This document shows, in pieces, positions 46,857 through 46,907 of a stretch of DNA of 46,907 bases. The notes under the pieces were generated by a model. The model ran no database searches. It had not been told where the DNA came from and worked only from the letters and a program-made list of their open reading frames with translations. Position 1 is the first letter of the stretch, and the number at the start of each line of letters is the position of its first letter. This DNA is from Acidobacteriota bacterium (GTDB lineage Bacteria; Acidobacteriota; UBA4820; DSQY01): assembly GCA_049967655.1 (NCBI GenBank), contig JBMFSH010000020.1:1-46907 (forward strand), given 5' to 3'. Both the position numbers and the translations under genes were made by a program.

Positions 46857-46907
46857 TGGACGGGGAGGGCCATGGCCTTGCCGCCCCGAACCGCGAGCGA
46901 AGCCCGA

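Overview
GC-rich bacterial chromosomal segment. Gene content suggests Acidobacteriota or a similar facultative anaerobe, but the taxon is only an inference. In order it carries: an ArnT/GT-C-like gene running off the window start (missed by the ORF track); a WcaJ-type priming sugar transferase; nrnA and an ElbB-like gene; a canonical XerCD dif site at 5591-5618 in a locally AT-richer stretch, so probably the replication terminus; a small redox operon (DUF2892, small membrane protein, trxA, FmdB zinc ribbon); an Rrf2-led SUF operon; ChaN-like and mutY; a secreted protein/STAS/MglA-like GTPase operon; hflX; DUF47-PiT; hypFCDEAB followed by a Hyb-type [NiFe]-hydrogenase operon (hybOABCD); an SDR fused to a globin-like domain; a glk, tal-pgi, gnd, zwf, pgl operon; a 5'-truncated PKD-protein gene; purN, tyrS; and tatA with a zinc-ribbon tail. 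The most notable hidden signal is in the trxA operon. Both genes flanking trxA end in TGA followed by a bacterial-SECIS-like hairpin whose loop starts exactly 22 nt after the UGA, suggesting two unannotated small selenoproteins. Also notable is a ~72-bp dispersed structured repeat (3 near-identical copies, one cut by the window start, plus 1 internally deleted copy). No rRNA, tRNA, CRISPR array, transposase or integrase was recognised.
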